Shown: piece by piece, positions 8,519-11,447 of the stretch | How positions within the stretch are numbered: the stretch's first letter is position 1 | How the letters are laid out: each line of letters opens with the position of its first letter | Assembly: GCA_041742355.1 (NCBI GenBank) | Contig: JBGSIV010000167.1 | Span: forward strand, 1-11,447 | Direction of reading: 5' to 3' | DNA from: Candidatus Zixiibacteriota bacterium | GTDB lineage: Bacteria > Zixibacteria > MSB-5A5 > GN15 > FEB-12 | Length of the DNA stretch: 11,447 bases | Made by a program: the position numbers and the translations under genes | Notes under the pieces: model-generated | What the model was told of the DNA's origin: nothing | The model's input: the letters and a program-made list of their open reading frames with translations, nothing else | The model's database searches: none

Positions 8519-9221
8519 GGTCCTGGTTATCGACGACGAGCAAAGCATTCGGCGCTTTCTCAGGATTAGTCTTGAGGCCGGGCAGTATGAGGTTGTCGAT
8601 GCCGCTTCGGGAACCGAAGGTCTCGCAATGGCCGCGACCCACACACCGCAACTGGTCATTCTCGATCTGAGCCTGCCCGATATCGATGGCTCGGTCGTGC
8701 TGCAGCGACTAAGAGAGTGGAGCACGGTTCCGGTGATCATCCTGACAGTGCGCGATGCCGAGCGGGAGAAAGTGGAGTTGCTTGATGCCGGCGCGGACGA
8801 TTACCTTACCAAGCCCTTCAGTGTGCCGGAATTGCTGGCCCGGGTCCGGGTAGCACTGCGCCACCAGCAGCCACAGGACTCCGCCGCCGTATTCCACAAT
8901 GGCTTCCTGGAGATGGATTTCCCGAATCGCACCGTGTGCTGCAATGGGCAATCCGTCAAACTGACTGTCATCGAGTTCAATCTGCTCGCCCTGCTTGCCC
9001 GACATGTGGGGAAGCTGGTCACGCAGAAGCAACTGCTCAAGGAAGTCTGGGGGCCCGGCTCAGTGTTGCACTCCCATTACCTGCGAGTCTATATCGGGCA
9101 ATTGCGCAAGAAGCTGGAACCTGATCCCTCCCGACCAGTGCTCTTGCTCACCGAACCCTCGATCGGCTACCGGATGGCTCTCTTGGGCAATGAGGGGTCG
9201 TGGGACCTCGACTCACAGTAA
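8505..9221 (+). CDS. kdpE: OmpR-family response regulator KdpE, 238 aa
   Basis: MSKGKVLVIDDE, LVILDLSLPDIDG (phospho-Asp), GADDYLTKPF, and winged helix LLKEVWG...HYLRVYIGQLRKKLEPDPSRP..LLTEP.IGYR. ATG 8505 follows GGAGG (8491-8495) and overlaps the kdpD end by 14 nt. The track's start at 8190 lies inside kdpD and is unlikely. Confidence 0.96.
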   Translation: MSKGKVLVIDDEQSIRRFLRISLEAGQYEVVDAASGTEGLAMAATHTPQLVILDLSLPDIDGSVVLQRLREWSTVPVIILTVRDAEREKVELLDAGADDYLTKPFSVPELLARVRVALRHQQPQDSAAVFHNGFLEMDFPNRTVCCNGQSVKLTVIEFNLLALLARHVGKLVTQKQLLKEVWGPGSVLHSHYLRVYIGQLRKKLEPDPSRPVLLLTEPSIGYRMALLGNEGSWDLDSQ

Positions 9222-9247
9222 ACGCCCAAAGGAACCTCGTTGGCCAC

Positions 9248-9274
9248 AAAAAAAGATGCCGTATTCCGTGCATC
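9248..9274 (-). terminator. Intrinsic-terminator-like hairpin facing the minus strand (may also act weakly for kdpE)
   Basis: The minus strand reads GATGC-A-CG-GAATA-CG-GCATC-TTTTTTT. This is a 5+2-bp stem with a one-base bulge followed by a 7-T tract (A7 at 9248-9254 on the + strand). Confidence 0.55.
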
Positions 9275-9301
9275 CTATTGTGTGACAAACAATTATAAAT
9301 A

Positions 9302-9314
9302 TGGCGGCCCCGAC
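9302..9314 (-). mobile_element. Isolated tRNA 3'-end fragment GTCGGGGCCGCCA (tRNA-Asp-like); candidate att junction of a tRNA-integrated island
   Basis: The reverse complement of TGGCGGCCCCGAC gives the end of a T-stem (GT), a 7-nt acceptor strand (CGGGGCC), discriminator G and CCA. No TTCGA loop or matching GGCCCCG 5' strand lies upstream, so it is not a full tRNA. An orphan terminator follows 27 nt downstream on the same strand. Confidence 0.45.
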
Positions 9315-9519
9315 CTCACTCTCCCCAAACTTCTGCGAGCTTTGATTTCAAGGTCAAGACCGGCTATTCGGCTATCAATGGAACTCGCTGGAAGACAATC
9401 AAGTAATAGTAACCGTGCCCCCAACAATAGTCTTTACAACGATATATGTCAGAAGTTCTATCGATCGGACTTTCGCGCGGGGCCATCCGATATGACCGTT
9501 CCTTGTTCTTTAAATCACA

Positions 9520-9548
9520 TTGACAAAAAACCAGGCACGGTTTATCTT
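9520..9548 (+). promoter_or_regulatory. Sigma70-type promoter for the 9583 ORF
   Basis: Perfect TTGACA (9520-9525), a 17-nt spacer and TATCTT (9543-9548), with AT-rich sequence upstream. AGGA RBS at 9573-9576, 6 nt before TTG 9583. Confidence 0.7.
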
Positions 9549-9582
9549 GTTACTATGTAAATATTTAGGGACAGGAATAGAC

Positions 9583-11447
9583 TTGAAAACAAGATCTGCA
9601 ATTGCTTTGCTGGCTGCACTATGCGGCTGGCTTTTTTTGTGTGGTTCAGTCAATGCGCAACCGGGCAGTCATCCTGATGACACCTGCTGGCAACCGCTTG
9701 GGAGCGGCGTAATGTACGGGTCCACCCCGCTGTATACTTGGGTCGATGGTCTCACTGTCTTCGAGGGTGATCTGATAGCTGCCGGCAGCTTCACGTTGGC
9801 GGGTGGCACAACTGCTTACAATGTTGCCCGCTGGGATGACACAGTGTGGTTGAATATGGGAAGTGGCATAGTGTCCGACCATGGCGTTCAGATCGATCCC
9901 GTTACCTGTCTTGCCGTCCATGATAATAGGTTGTTTGCCGGCGGCTATTTCACGAACTATGATGGCAATTCAGGTGCCGGATACACTGCTGAGTGGGATG
10001 GTGCCTCGTGGAATCGGGTGTGTGGCGTATCCCCGTATTATTCGACTGGTTGTCTGAACGAACATGTGAATACATTGATTTCTCATTCCAACTTACTCTA
10101 CGCGGGCGGTCATTTCACCGGAAGAGCTGCCGCATGGGATGGGTCGGGCTGGTCGACGCTTGTTGTCAACCAAGCGCCTCTTGAATTTCTGAGCGGAGAT
10201 GTGCGCGCCTTCGCTGTATATGGTGGGAAACTTGTAGTGGGCGGCAACCCTAACTACGTTATAGAGGAAGGAATCTATTATTCTGGGCTCGCTTTCTGGA
10301 ACGGTCAATCGTTCGAGACTTTTGGCGAAAGTAGTTGGTTTTGGGGTCGAGTGGATGCACTTACGGTCTACGAGGGAAAGCTGATAGCCACAGGAGGATA
10401 CTACACAGATTACCCTAATTATGGTAGTTATCATGCAGGTGTAGCAGCATGGGATGGCACTTCCTGGACGGTATTAGGTGGGGAATTTGACAATCAAGTG
10501 TATGAACTTACCGTGCACAATGGACGGCTGATTGCGGGTGGGAATTTTGAAGCAATTGGAGGGGTCTATGCGAACTATGTTGTACAATGGGATGGTACGC
10601 AGTGGCTACCTCTTGGTTCAGGTACAAACGGAATGGTCTGGGCCCTTGCTTCCTGGGAAGGGAAACTGATTGTCGGAGGAAGATTCACCTCAGCCGGTGG
10701 TCAGCCGGTAAACTATATCGCCCAGTGGACCAAAGCCAAGACGATCACTATTCGTGATGCCAACAATGACAGTCTGACCAATGTTCAGTTTGACCTGATT
10801 CGGGTCGCCAATAATCGGCCCGAGTACACCGAAGATACGCTGGGCAGTTTTGTTACTGACGACCAGGGCCGTCTGCCTATGACCATGATCGGCGACACTG
10901 CCTTCACGGTGGCACTGAATGAAGGCGACGCAGTACTGCGGATCGGTGATTCTATCAAAATCGCTCGTCAAATGTACAGCGAACCCGCCTTGAGGCATCA
11001 CGCTGTTCTTGGCACGAAGTACTCCATCCATCTGGATAATGGCGACTTCACTGATGACGGACAGCTCTATTTCGATACAATTGGCGTGAGTGATCAGGAC
11101 ATCGTGCTTAATCACACGGAAATCCGATACAATTTGCTGGTCTCACTGGAGTGGGACGCGGCCGAGCTGTATGTGGATGGCTTAAGAAAAGACTTTCGCT
11201 ATATGTCTGACTATCTTTACGATGTTTCCGACGGCCAGCTTCGGTTGGATACGATAGTCATGTTGGACGACGGAGCGATTTGGAGTGAGGCCGATGTCCG
11301 CATCAGAGCTGACAATGTTCATAATCCCGATGCTGTGGTGGGAGGCATACACCATCTTGGTGATTATCCGATCAACATGCCCCGGAAATGGTTCGGCGAT
11401 CAAGATGACAGCCGCTATTACACTTACGTCCGCCATCCCCTGATGGA
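9583..11447 (+). CDS. Large secreted multidomain protein (3'-truncated, >621 aa): signal peptide, 7-repeat beta-propeller, linker domain, start of a CLCA_N-like putative metalloprotease domain
   Basis: Hand translation shows frame 1 open from TTG 9583 to the window end. It is absent from the ORF track, presumably because it has no stop in the window. It starts MKTRSAIALLAALCGWLFLCGSVNA|QPG (Sec/SPI-like). Seven W..LG....V..L.V..G.L..GG.F......A.WDG repeats follow, then a beta-rich segment, then YNLLVSLEWDA...FRYMSDYLYDVSDGQLRLDTIVMLDDGAIWSEADVRIRADN...PDAVVGGI. Confidence 0.9.
   Translation, partial: MKTRSAIALLAALCGWLFLCGSVNAQPGSHPDDTCWQPLGSGVMYGSTPLYTWVDGLTVFEGDLIAAGSFTLAGGTTAYNVARWDDTVWLNMGSGIVSDHGVQIDPVTCLAVHDNRLFAGGYFTNYDGNSGAGYTAEWDGASWNRVCGVSPYYSTGCLNEHVNTLISHSNLLYAGGHFTGRAAAWDGSGWSTLVVNQAPLEFLSGDVRAFAVYGGKLVVGGNPNYVIEEGIYYSGLAFWNGQSFETFGESSWFWGRVDALTVYEGKLIATGGYYTDYPNYGSYHAGVAAWDGTSWTVLGGEFDNQVYELTVHNGRLIAGGNFEAIGGVYANYVVQWDGTQWLPLGSGTNGMVWALASWEGKLIVGGRFTSAGGQPVNYIAQWTKAKTITIRDANNDSLTNVQFDLIRVANNRPEYTEDTLGSFVTDDQGRLPMTMIGDTAFTVALNEGDAVLRIGDSIKIARQMYSEPALRHHAVLGTKYSIHLDNGDFTDDGQLYFDTIGVSDQDIVLNHTEIRYNLLVSLEWDAAELYVDGLRKDFRYMSDYLYDVSDGQLRLDTIVMLDDGAIWSEADVRIRADNVHNPDAVVGGIHHLGDYPINMPRKWFGDQDDSRYYTYVRHPLM
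9688..10734 (+). repeat. Seven ~46-54-aa protein repeats (beta-propeller blades, 'GG.F...WDG' type)
   Basis: Blade ends: VARWDD, TAEWDG, AAAWDG, LAFWNG, VAAWDG, VVQWDG, IAQWTK. Blade cores: LIAAGSF, LFAGGYF, LYAGGHF, LVVGGNP, LIATGGY, LIAGGNF, LIVGGRF. Confidence 0.85.

Noticed and set aside
9302..9380. Complete tRNA gene on the minus strand
   Set aside because: Only the last 13 nt are tRNA-like. There is no TTCGA T-loop, anticodon arm or complementary 5' acceptor strand.
9240..9560. 106-aa ORF between kdpE and the propeller gene
   Set aside because: It has a TTG start, runs across a terminator-like hairpin, the tRNA-like fragment and the downstream promoter, and has no recognisable protein features.
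9646..11436. Short ORFs listed in the track across the right end of the window
   Set aside because: All overlap the continuous frame-1 ORF starting at 9583, which has a promoter, RBS, signal peptide and clear repeats.
1..11447. CRISPR array, IS/transposase, DGR or recoded stop codons
   Set aside because: No regularly spaced nucleotide repeats, transposase or reverse-transcriptase ORFs were seen. All genes read intact in the standard code, and the repeats found are at the protein level.

Overview
This bacterial window has three parts. (1) 2-793 is the 3' end of a probably secreted protein that ends in a Cys-flanked, twin-repeat dockerin-like domain. I associate this style of domain with candidate phylum Zixibacteria (inference). 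A strong 14-bp terminator hairpin follows. (2) 1338-9221 is a complete, intact high-affinity K+ uptake locus, kdpFABC-kdpDE. It includes a 28-aa kdpF missed by the ORF track and a candidate KdpE box upstream. (3) After kdpE, the minus strand carries a 13-nt fragment identical to a tRNA-Asp-type 3' end (GTCGGGGCCGCCA) followed by an orphan terminator, which is a candidate att junction of a tRNA-integrated island. A sigma70-type promoter then drives a large ORF that is absent from the ORF track (TTG at 9583, open to the window end). It encodes a signal peptide, a 7-repeat beta-propeller, a linker domain and the start of a CLCA_N-like putative zinc-metalloprotease domain. The kdp locus is ordinary. 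The interesting signals are the candidate island junction, the propeller/CLCA-like protein and the Cys-stapled dockerin-like tail.
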